From the NCBI GenBank assembly GCA_964016885.1, contig OZ024741.1, positions 36,580,001 to 36,644,000 of the forward strand: a stretch of 64,000 bases of DNA. Reading direction: 5' to 3'. The DNA is from Eledone cirrhosa. Taxonomy: Eukaryota. Under the pieces are notes generated by a model that worked only from the letters and a program-made list of their open reading frames with translations, was not told where the DNA came from and did not search any database. Both the position numbers and the translations under genes were made by a program. Position 1 is the first letter of the stretch; each line of letters begins with the position of its first letter. Positions 27,122 to 38,209 of the stretch are shown one piece after another.

Positions 27122-29833
27122 CACAGGTTCTCAACCCATTTAGTCCCTTGAAATCACGAAACACCCCTACCCTATTTTTCCATTTTTCAATATACTACTG
27201 ATTTTGATATCAGTAGATTACTAAAAAAATTGATTAACAATATTCCAAAGATACCATTGCAGGCAGCTGAGAGTATAAATACATTCCTTGAAAGGAAATA
27301 TATAAATTTCAATAAAAGGAACATAAATGTTCTTTTTTATGAATAAGGACCAGTTGAATTTGTTATATTCCCACCAGGCGATACCAACTATTTTGAACAT
27401 TTATACAAGAGCAACTCTGTCTATCCAAAGAGTGCTATTATCTGGAAGAAAGTGGCAATTATATCATTTCAAAGCTTTCCAATTTTCCATTTAATGAAAC
27501 GGACAGAATAAATGTTGATATCTAACTTGATGTCCCCTCTGCTTTGTGAGCTTAGAGACCCCGGAAGAGGGTTTTCATGACCACGCGGGAGGGTATATTT
27601 ATTAGTAAATGGTAAAATATATACAACAAATGAGTAAGTGAATTGTAGTAGATGGTTTTCAGTCCAGTCAGACTGCAACTACAAATAAAAAAAATTGTTA
27701 GTTTGCTTTGTAACAATAGCATATCCAAGTTTTCGGATAAATCAACTTACTTTAACTTTGACCTCATTTCAATGGGACCCTTGAACTTTATGGAGTCTAG
27801 CTAACTCTTTGACGTCAGGCTGGATTTTCGTAAGATGTAGCCGGAGATCTCCACATGTAATTACATTGTAGCAGTTGCGAGCCTTACTGTGCAGTCTGGA
27901 AACAGCACCAAACTCCTCTTGACTAAGTATGAGCTTGGAAAAGGCAGAGCAAATCTCTAGCCTGTGCATATAGGTGTGGAAATCGACGCTGAATTTCCTC
28001 TTGCATCCAAAAAAGGGGTTCACCTATTTTGGGAAATCTAATTTGGATCATGTCATCTACTTAAAGTTCAATGAATTCTTCCTGAAATATAACGTCCAAA
28101 TCATCGACGTTAGCTATGAAGGGATCTGCTATCCACATTGGGATGTCCATCGGCAAAAGGTCGACAAACCGTTTTCTCATGTTGTCTTGTAGCGCACGGA
28201 GATGAGCGGCATAAATTTGGAGTTGGTCATCGCTTACAATGTTTTGAACATTGGCGACACTAGGAAAATTATAGAATTCCCGTCAACAAAGATTCCTTTC
28301 GATGACATTCAATTTGGCGAGGAATGTTTTCACAGCATTACTTGCTTTAAGCAAGGTGATTTTCTTCCCCTGCAAAGCCAAAATGACGCTATTGCATTTG
28401 TCGAAGATGTCGGTGAGGTAGGCGCAGTTTTGCCTCACATCTAGGGTTTACTTGTACAGTTCTGTGTTGCGTCCTCACAGAAACTCAATGATAGAGACGA
28501 ACAGTTCAAAGAAGTGAGTAAGGCACTTGCCCTTTGAAAGCCACCTCACTTCATTATGAAGGAGCAACTTGACGAATTCTTTGTCATTATCTTGGCACAG
28601 TTGCTGGAAAATTTGTTCATTGAGAGAATGCCGTTTGATAAAATTGATGACATCAATGGCCACCGGCTAGGACTTGCTCAGTGGCTTGCTGAGTTTCTTC
28701 TCAGCCAAGTGTTGTCGATGAATGACACAACAACAAATACAGATAGATTTTCTCTCTTCAGAAGAGTGACGAAACCCTTATGCTGGCCGACCATTGCTCT
28801 TGCGTCGTCCGTAGCACATGATACAATGTGTGTTGTATTTGGCCCTAGATGTATGTATTACCTGCCTGTGTGTTGTATGTAGTCCTAGATGTTTGTATTA
28901 CCTGCTTATGTGTTGCATGTGGTCCCAGCTATATGTATTACCTGTTGTTTGTGATCCTAGATCTTTGTATTACCTCCTTATGTATTGTATGTGGTCCTAG
29001 ATGTATGTACTACCTGCTTATGTGTTGTATGTGGTCCTAAATGTGTGTATTACCTGCTTGTGTGTTGTATGTGGTCCTAGATGTGTGTGCTACCTCCTTG
29101 TGTGTTGCATGTGGTCCTATATGTATGTATTACCTGCTTATGTGTGTTGCATGTGGTCCTATATGTATGTATTACCTGCTTATGTGTTGTATGTGGTCCT
29201 AGATGTGTGTATTACCTGCTTGTGTGTTGTATGTGGTCCTAGATGTGTGTATTTGATTGTGTGTTGTATGTGGTCCTAGATGTATGTATACCTGCTTATG
29301 TGTTACATGTGGTCCTAGATGTGTGTATTACCTGCTTATGTGTTGTATGTGGTCCTAGATGTGTGTGCTACCCGCTTCTGTGTTTTCTTTTCTTTTTTTT
29401 ATTTGTAATATTATTTATCCAATTGGGAATAAAATAGATCTACATAGTGTTAACTCGTTACGGTTGAGTCAATAATTTCAGACATAAAATACATTGTTAT
29501 CGATGAAGGAAAGACAAGATTCTAACAGCTGCACTCGAAGTGTCCTTGACCCAGTTGACTGTGGGTTTTTCCATTGTTAGGATCTCAATTGCTGGTTAAT
29601 GTCTAGACACAGCTGCACACCTGTTGACAGTTGCGGTCAGACCATAGTTATGCTATCTGCATGCTGTCTAAAAGACATCCAAATATGGCTTATAAAACTT
29701 ACTAAAGTAAAGAGCCTTCCAGTGCTCCCCAAAATTCCTAATGCCCCTTGCTCCCAAACGCCCCCCTGGAGTTCCGAAACGCCTCCCGGGGGTGCATATG
29801 CCCCCCCCCCCCCTCCCCCCTTGAGAACCTTTG
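27122..29833 (-). mobile_element. Second hAT (Buster/Charlie) element, degenerate transposase
   Basis: TIRs cacaggttctcaa / ttgagaacctttg. Identical TSD atttagag at 27114-27121 and 29834-29841. Remnants LLLHNEVRWLSKGKCL and DLRLHLTKIQPD...QGSH in 27769-28820. Confidence 0.9.
28825..29380. repeat. 40-bp minisatellite (~14 copies) inside the hAT element
   Basis: Unit tgtgttgtatgtggtcctagatgtgtgtattacctgctta. Confidence 0.9.
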
Positions 29834-30749
29834 ATTTAGAGTATAGGTTTTGTTTCATAACTGCATTATGTAATAATTTTTTACCAATATCTGATCACTT
29901 TGAAGGCCATATTCAATTGAAACAGATAAAAAAACAATAGGAAAAACAAATTTTCCCTCCAAAGCAAAAATATTTTAGTACATTATTTACGTAGAATTTG
30001 AATTTGAAAATCGGCAAAATATTGACTTCAAATATAAGCTGACCCCTATTTTAACAACTTTTTTTTTTCTAGTGTCACATATTTCTTGGTTTATCTATGA
30101 GTATATATGGATATAGCTTTAGTTTCAACACAGTGTCTTGGATCAAGTCACTTGCCAGACAAGTACAACAGGCATTAAATTATGATGATGATGATGATGA
30201 TGATTACATTACTATATGGGAAAAATCACTGTAGGCCATTTGTCATAAACCAATAAAAAAACAAAAAAACACAATGATATAAATATCATTAAATAAATAT
30301 CACTCAGTTGTGCTTTAAAACATAGATTTTTTTAAAACTTAGAAAAGGGAAACATATTGCAACAAAGAGAACCAATCAAAATTTAGCTAATTATGATAAT
30401 TAGCTCATGTACATCGTAATGAACATCTGTTGCATCCTCAGATTTAGAAAATAATTTTTATTTAAAAAAAAATATCCTAAAATATATTCTTTGAATTATA
30501 ATGCCCACCTAGACTACACTGAAGTTTCTTTTCCCTTCCCCCATCCTTCTAATATTCTGAAGACATCCCCTGAGAACCAATACATGGCAACAGGTCTCAC
30601 GTCTCACACCTTTGCATACTCCACATCACAATATTTCCCTTTAACTTACTTTATCTTTCAGGGTTTTTTTTTAGGTAAACCCTATGAATTCTGATGGAAG
30701 GTTTAAAATAGTATCTTGACTTAACCTTATTTATTTTTCATTTATTTAG

Positions 30750-30902
30750 GTGAATCCTATGAATTCTGATGGAAGGACTTGTAAAGATGTGAAATCCTTA
30801 TCTGGAGGTGAACGTTCATTCGCCACAGTTTGCTTTATCCTGGCCCTTTGGTGTGGTACAGAGTCCCCTTTCCGCTGCCTTGATGAGTTCGATGTGTTTA
30901 TG
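30750..30902 (+). CDS. SMC6: SMC6 (structural maintenance of chromosomes 6), third-last coding exon: [51 protein letters not shown]
   Basis: Acceptor tttatttag ends at 30749 and donor gtaagt starts at 30903. The 153-nt open frame has the ABC signature LSGGERSF and Walker [14 protein letters not shown] typical of SMC6. Not shown in the ORF track. Confidence 0.95.
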
Positions 30903-30959
30903 GTAAGTAAAGTTCCTATTTGATAATTGTACACCACAACCACTGCCACCATTATTACA

Positions 30960-32192
30960 TACCATCATCATGACCACCAACACCATCACTACCACCAATA
31001 CCATCACTACCACCAACACCATCACTACCACCACCACCATCACTACCACCAATACCATCACTACCAGCAACACCATCATTACCACCAATACCTTCACTAC
31101 CACCAACACCATCACTACCACCAACACCATCACTACCACCAACACCATCACTACCACCAATATCATCACTACCACCAACACCATCACTACCACCAATACC
31201 ATCACTACCACCAACACCATCACTACCACCAACACCACTACCACCAATACCATCACTACCACCAACACCATCACTACCACCAACACCATCACTACCACCA
31301 ATACCATCACTACCACCACCAGCATCACTACTACCAACACCATCACTACCACCAATACCATCACTACCACCAATACCATCACTACCACCAACACCATCAC
31401 TACCACCACCAGCATTACTACCACCAACACCATCACTACCACCACCACCATCACTACCACCAACACCATCACAACCACCACCACCACCATCACTACCACC
31501 AACACCATCACTACCACCACCACCACCACCACCATCATTACCATCACCACCTTCACTACCACCAACACCGTCTCCATCACGACCACCAACACCATCATGA
31601 CCACCACCACCAATACCATCACTACCACCACCAGCATCACTACCACCAACACCATCACTACCACCACCACCATCACTACCACCAACACCATCACTACCAC
31701 CAATACCATCACTACCACCAACACCATCACTACCACCACCAGCATCACTACCACCAACACCATCACTACCACCAACACCATCACTACCACCACCACCATC
31801 ACGACCATCACCACCACCACCAGCACCATCACTACCACCAACACCATCACTACCACCAACACCATCACTACCACTACCACCAACACCATCACTACCACCA
31901 CCACCATCACTACCACCACCACCATCACTACCACCATCACCATCACTACCACCAACACCAACACCATCACAACCACCACCACCATCACTACCACCAACAC
32001 CATCAATACCACCACCACCATCACTACCACCAACACCATCACAACCACCACCACCACCATCACTACCACCAACACCATCACTACCACCACCACCACCACC
32101 ACCATCATTACCATCACCACCTTCACTACCACCAACACCATCAATACCACCACCACCATCACAAAAACGATTGTCATTAACACCAACACCAT
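30960..32192. repeat. ACC-rich minisatellite (18-bp unit accatcactaccaccaac) filling an SMC6 intron
   Basis: Directly visible; it is the source of the poly-T/H/V ORFs. Confidence 0.95.
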
Positions 32193-32244
32193 CTTTTTTT
32201 TTTGTTCCTGATGTTAATTTTGTTCTTTGTTTTGTTACCTGCAG

Positions 32245-32342
32245 GACATGGTCAACCGTCGGATCAGTATGGATATGATGTTGCAGGTAGCAAAGGAACA
32301 GCGGGCGCGTCAGTTTATATTTTTGACCCCTCTAGAAATGAG
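32245..32342 (+). CDS. SMC6: SMC6 penultimate coding exon: [32 protein letters not shown](S)
   Basis: Acceptor ttacctgcag ends at 32244 and donor gttagt starts at 32343. Joins in phase 0 to give DEFDVFM-DMVNRR (D-loop) and QFIFLTP; ends in phase 2. Confidence 0.95.
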
Positions 32343-32394
32343 GTTAGTACTGATTTAAATGTCTGCCTGCAGTTGTTGTTTGTATTGTTAATGT

Positions 32395-32610
32395 TATCTA
32401 GCCTTTGATCAGCTCTGATTAAGTAGACCTATGGTTAAAGTCTTAGTGGACCTCTAGCCCTTGATCACTTCTGATTAAGCAGACCTATGCTTAAAAGCTT
32501 TCTGAACATTTAGCCCTTGATAAGTTCTGGTTAAGCAGACCTATGGTCAAAGTCTTTCTGAACATCTAGCCCTTGATCAGCTCTGATTAACAAACTTATG
32601 ATCAGAGGTA
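32395..32610. repeat. ~57-bp tandem repeat, ~4 copies
   Basis: tctagcccttgatcagctctgattaagcagacctatgg repeated. Confidence 0.8.
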
Positions 32611-32774
32611 TGATCCACACATAGAATCTGTAGGTTAGAACAGGAAGCAACTAAAAGGGCATCCAGCTGTTAAAACATTGCCTCAAAAAGGATCTTGGAA
32701 GGAAATGGTGGTGACCAGATATATGGTCACGTGATGCGCATGAAAGATTATATTTGCATTGCTATTTACATCAT

Positions 32775-33800
32775 CAATAAGTAGCAGCAAGTGCCCACAG
32801 AATACTAACTCATTCCATTGCACAGATGGTTCTTTAGAAATAGTGGACAGCTTCCGTTACCTGGGTGACAAAATCAGCAGTGGGGGAGGGTGCTCTGAAA
32901 GTACAGTAGCTAGAGTCAGAACGGGATGGAAAAAGTTCAATGAGCTTATACCACTATTAGCCGCTAAAGGGTTCTCTCTAAAAATGAAAGGCAGGCTGTA
33001 TGATGCCTGCATACGAACAGCAATGTTACATGGCAGTGAGACCTAGGCATTGTGTGCAGAGGGTATACGCAGACTGGAGAGAAACGAAGCTTGCATGCTC
33101 CGCTGGATGTGTAATAGTAATATACGTGAACGGCAAAGCATAAACGAACTAAGGGAGACATTAGGAATAAGAGGGATCGGATGTTGTTTACTCGAGAGAT
33201 GACTACGTTGGTATGGTCACGTGATGCGCATGAAAGACGACAGCTGTATAAAAAAGTGCAGGGCAATAAAAATAGACGGTAGACACGGAGTAGGCAGACC
33301 CAGAAAAACCTGGGACGACTTGATAAATTCCGACCTCACACACTTACACCTCTCCAAGACAATGTCACTGGACCGAGATCTTTGGCGCTACACAGTAATA
33401 GAGAAGACCCGCCTTACCTAAGTGCAAAGTGAAACCTACTACAGTCAGTAGGCACCTCTAACAAAAATACACCCCCGTCCCACTACCCCCACCTCATCCA
33501 CACCATCCCTTTCAATGTGAAGTTATGTTGGTACCACAACATCCAGTCCTAAATAAATGAGGTCGTGTAGGTGTCACGACAAAAAAGCACACAGTCCACG
33601 CTGTAATGTGGCCATGTAGGTAACACGGTAAAAACCTCCCAGTCCACACTGTAAACGTGGTTGGTGTTAGGAAGGGCATCCAGCCATAGAAAACCCGCCA
33701 GACAGTCCTATGCGAGCAAGACAACCACTCTTGCCTCAAGTGGGAAAACTCCCGTCCAAACCCATGCAAGCGTGGAATATGGACGTTAAACGATGATGAT
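32775..33800 (+). mobile_element. 5'-truncated RTE LINE copy in the SMC6 intron
   Basis: ORFs 32759-33046 and 33221-33421 are nearly identical to the C-terminus of the 38-41 kb copy; 3' UTR and GAT tail present. Confidence 0.92.
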
Positions 33801-35869
33801 CATCATCATCATCATCACATGAGAGGCTTTGATGCAGTTAAATTGAAAATGAAATCAGGAGAGTAATAATTTCAAATATGAACTGATTCATACTGTAATG
33901 ACTCATCTAACTTATGCCAAGATGGACAGCTAACATAAAATGAAGATGACAATTATCATCATCACCATCTTCATCATCATCATCGTTTAACAACCATTTT
34001 CCATGCTTGCATGGGTTAGACAGGTTGTCACGCTATGACACAAGTCATGTCCAGAGACCATGTCTTACTCATATGGTTCTGTATTTTGGTTTGGTTTCTA
34101 CGGCTGGATACCCTTTCTGAAACCAACCAAGTTACAGTGTGGAATGGGGAAACTTTTATCGTGGCACCAAAACAACCATCAGAATGGACTGGGAGCTTTT
34201 TACCATAGCACCGAGATGGCTTCCTTATAGTCTGGACTGGGTGATTTTTGTAGTGTCATCAACATGACCAACTGACAGTGTGCTATGCAGTAATATAGAA
34301 GACCTGCCTTCCCATGAGCACAGATTGAAGCACACATACAGTATGCACCATCTCCACCCCACCCCTTCCATACACCTTCCATGAGCACAGGCTGAAGCAT
34401 ACATCTAGTGTGCATCACTTCCACCTTCTTCCATTTACCTCCCACATCCTAACACTCCTTACACATGCTGGCACGGGCTGGATGTGTTGTCATGATCTGA
34501 GATCAGGCGAGTGTAAGTGACCAATCTTGCTCATTACATTCCATATTTGACATGGTATATACGGATGAATACTCTTCTTAATGTCAACCACCTTGTAGGA
34601 TGTACTGCATGTGTTTTTTGTGACACTAGTAGTAACCCTTTACAGAGTGCACTGGGTGCATTTTATCATGGCATCAACACTAGAGACGTTGTCACATCTT
34701 AGGCCAGACTTATATTGATATTGTCTCTGGTTTTGATTGCGAACCACTGTAGCATTTGTTGGTTCAGATCATGTGGCGGTGTTGATAAGTTATCAACAGT
34801 ACAAAGAAATTTGCATTAATCTCATTAGAATCCAACAGCATTAGGGTTGTGATATCATGGGCAACTTGGAGGTGTCAATGAGTCTAGTGGGTCTTCTACT
34901 TTGTGTATAATGTGTCGCTAGTGGGCTGTTTAAACTGTCTGCCCCACACCTACACATGAGTTGGGTAGAATTAAGAAGATCTTTATAAGACATCCGGGGG
35001 CAATAATTTGAAGTTGGTCAACAGAATGTCTCTCCAGTGGCAGCAAAATGTTAGATGTTTTCCTGTTGACAGATATCACAGGTTGTTGCAGTATGAGCAA
35101 TCTCTCGCAGAGGGGCAGAGTTGATAGTTGTAGCCCCCAGAGCAGTATAGGGTCTCTGTCTAGACGGCTCCACTTGATGCTGGGGATGTTGTGCCCTTTG
35201 TCACAGAGACTTCATAGGAAATAAGACAGGGCAGTGGAGTTTTCTGTTTCTGCATCTAAATAAAAGTATGTGCTGGGTAAATCTATCTATGAACTCACTG
35301 TTAATTTACTGCCTCGATGCATGATACCATGTTGAAATATATATATTTTCACACTGTTGAGTAATGTCCTAGAAATGACCCAGATAATTAAGAGACCATG
35401 ACAAAGGACAATAAGAGCAAATCCCTACATTCCATATCATTCACGTTTCATGGTTTTAGAAGAATGGTGATATTGTTGGTGATGGAGAGTGGTTGTGTGT
35501 GTACATTGTATAGTGTTTCCTGTGATCAATTAGTTGACACCTGATATAAAATACAACTAAGTTATTTTGTTGGTATCTGATGTAAATTAAAACAAGGCTG
35601 TTTTTTGTTATCCATCACAATTTTGTATAAGAACCATTAAGTTATGTTCAAATGTTCAAAACACTAGCTTAATAATGAGAAAGTTCATTATATTAAATCT
35701 CTTCAAATTCTTTAATATTTTCAGTATTATTTGAAAGTCATGTGCAGTATTTTCATTAGAAATGTGGTAATCAAAGTGTTAATTTATGTTCCAAACACCA
35801 GCTTACTAATGAGAAAATTCCTTATATTACTAAATCCCTTCAAATTCTTAATTCTTCTTCCACCCGGTT

Positions 35870-37600
35870 ATTCTTATGAGGGCCATGAGGACAGAGTCTT
35901 CAAGCAGACCTTCAGTGGGTCCTGTCATTAGCAACCATCTCCAATTGATCTGGCTGGATCCCCAAACGTGACCAGCTGAGATCATGCATGTTATCCAATC
36001 ATTTTGCTTGGGGTTTACTTGTGGGTCTCCTGTCAATTGATTTTACCCGTAAAATCTGTCTTGCGATTCTTTCCTGAGATATTCTAACCTCATGCCCATA
36101 ATATCGGAGCTGTGATCTCTCAAACCAGATAAGTAGCGACTCTACCTGGTGTAACTCTCTGATCTCTACCTGGAGTGACTTTATGCACTCTATCGAGTAA
36201 CATTACTACAAAGACCCTTCGGAGGAACTCCATTTCAGCCTCCTGCCTTCTATCACTCATGCCCCCCCCCCCCCCCCCCCCCCCAAGATACTTGAACTTC
36301 ACTTTCTTCAATGGAACTCCATTCACATGTATAGTGCACTGTGCATGTTTCCTTCAGAGGATGAGTGTCTCAGTTTTCACAGCACTGATCTTCATTCCAT
36401 CTGCGCAGCACTCGGCATCAAACTTATCAAGTGCAAGTCGAAGATCAACTTCTGTTAAGTTAAGTAATACCATGTCGTCTGCAAATTCCAACTGACTGAT
36501 TTTACACCTGCCAGTCGTGATACCAGGGGTCCTGCCATCCTGTGCCACTGCATTTAACAGCTGAAACAGAAACTGCTGGGCTGAACAATCTCCACTCTGT
36601 TTCAATGTCCTCAGTTTGCTGAGGGAGTTCTCTGAATTTGGATGCAATAGTATCTGCATACCTGGTCTTGACTTCCTTATCCACCAATGCTTCCCACTTT
36701 ATCATGTAGGTCACCCTGGACCTGACACTTTTGTGGGCTTTTTTGGCTTTAGGTAGTCTCAAGTTGCAGATAACTAGATGGTGATCAGTTGACAGCTCAG
36801 ACCCTCTCTTAACATGAACATCCAGCACAGAATCAAAGATATCAAAGACAATAACAAAATCAATTATTGATCTGTTTCTGATTCCCCTTATACCATGTAT
36901 ATTTATGGATGTCTATGCTGGAAGATGTTCATAATAGAGAGTTCATTGCTAGAACAGAAGTCTAATTAGACCTCTCCATTTGTATTTAGATCAGGATCAC
37001 CGTTCCTTCCAACTCACTCCTTTTCATGTCAGATGGTCAGTGCCAACATGTTTATTGAAATCTCCCATTAGGATACATGACTCAGTCTTAACTACATCTA
37101 ATGATGCAATGACTTCATCAAAGAAGGATCTGTATTTGGACTCCTTGTTTGGTGCACAAACTTGCACTACCCACAGAGACCTATCTTCCAGCCTAAGCTT
37201 CAAGAGGCAAATCCTCACTCTTAACGGTATCCAGTCCATAACACATTCTGACAGCCGGGGGCTTGTGAGTTTCCATCCTCCATCCAAATCTACAGTATCA
37301 GAGCCACAGAACTTTGTTGAGAAACACCCGACTATATCTAGCCTGTAGCATCTACCCTCCTCCACTAGTTCCTGCTCCTTTCCTGTAAGGGTTGTGATGT
37401 TCCAGATTTCAATTTTGAGTTTTATTCTCTTCCGAACCCTCTTTGGGGTCTCAGGATACTCAATCTTTATGCAGCCATCCCACACCTCCCAGGATAGGTT
37501 GCAGGCCCATCGCCAGTTTTTCAGCATGAAATGAAGACTGCAATATATTTTTTGAACAGGCCCCTCTACCTAATGCCTGAATGTGTCCCTTGTTAACCTG
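35870..37600 (-). mobile_element. Degenerate RTE LINE of Rex3/Expander type (endonuclease and RT remnants)
   Basis: WNITTLTGKEQELVEE, ILMGDFN, STDHHLV, LEFADDMVLL and KFKYLG fragments with frameshifts and deletions. Confidence 0.8.
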
Positions 37601-38003
37601 CGCGAAAGATGATGCAATATGATTCTTTTTCATACCTCTCACCATATTGCAGTTTTGGTAGTCTTATTCACACTAGTCACCCCTCTGATACTTTCTCTTA
37701 GTTATTTTCAAAATTATTTGAAAGTCGTGACAGTGTCTTTCATTAGTAATATCATAATGAAATGCAAAGTAATGATATTAAAAACTACAGCAATGATAAT
37801 GATTTCCATTGTCATTTCATAAAGATAATTATTTCATTTGCTTATCAATTAGCTATTCAGCTACTAATGTAAATTATATATGATATTATAAGCATTTATT
37901 TAACCTTCTAGTATTCATAGTTCTAATGATATACACTGTGTTGGAATTAATTAATAAAGAATTTTAAGCAATTTACTAAAAATATTAGTTATTTCATTAT
38001 TAA

Positions 38004-38203
38004 CCCTTTAGCTTTTACATTCTATATTTCCTATTGTATTTTGTGGTGAAGGCTTTATCTTACATAATTATGTCACATAATATTGAAGTTATTTATTTTG
38101 AGAACAATACCTAAACATTTGTATGAGCAGCTGGTTATGGTCGGTTTGAACAGAAAGAGGTGAGAGAATTCTGGCCAGATATGCCGGTTAAAATACTAAA
38201 GGC
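38004..38203. mobile_element. piggyBac-like MITE copy
   Basis: TTAA|ccctttagc ... actaaaggc|TTAA, homologous to 22797-23002. Confidence 0.7.
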
Positions 38204-38209
38204 TTAATA

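Larger units (their letters stand above)
26930..30112. mobile_element. Probable pogo/Tigger-like MITE interrupted by the hAT element
   Basis: Degenerate inverted ends tactgtatatacttaaatataagccaa and ttggtttatctatgagtatatatggata flank the hAT insertion. Confidence 0.4.

Noticed and set aside
30816-32211. Long ORFs of 413-458 aa (poly-V/M, poly-H, poly-T)
   Set aside because: They arise from the ACC-rich minisatellite, are open in several frames and lie within an SMC6 intron.
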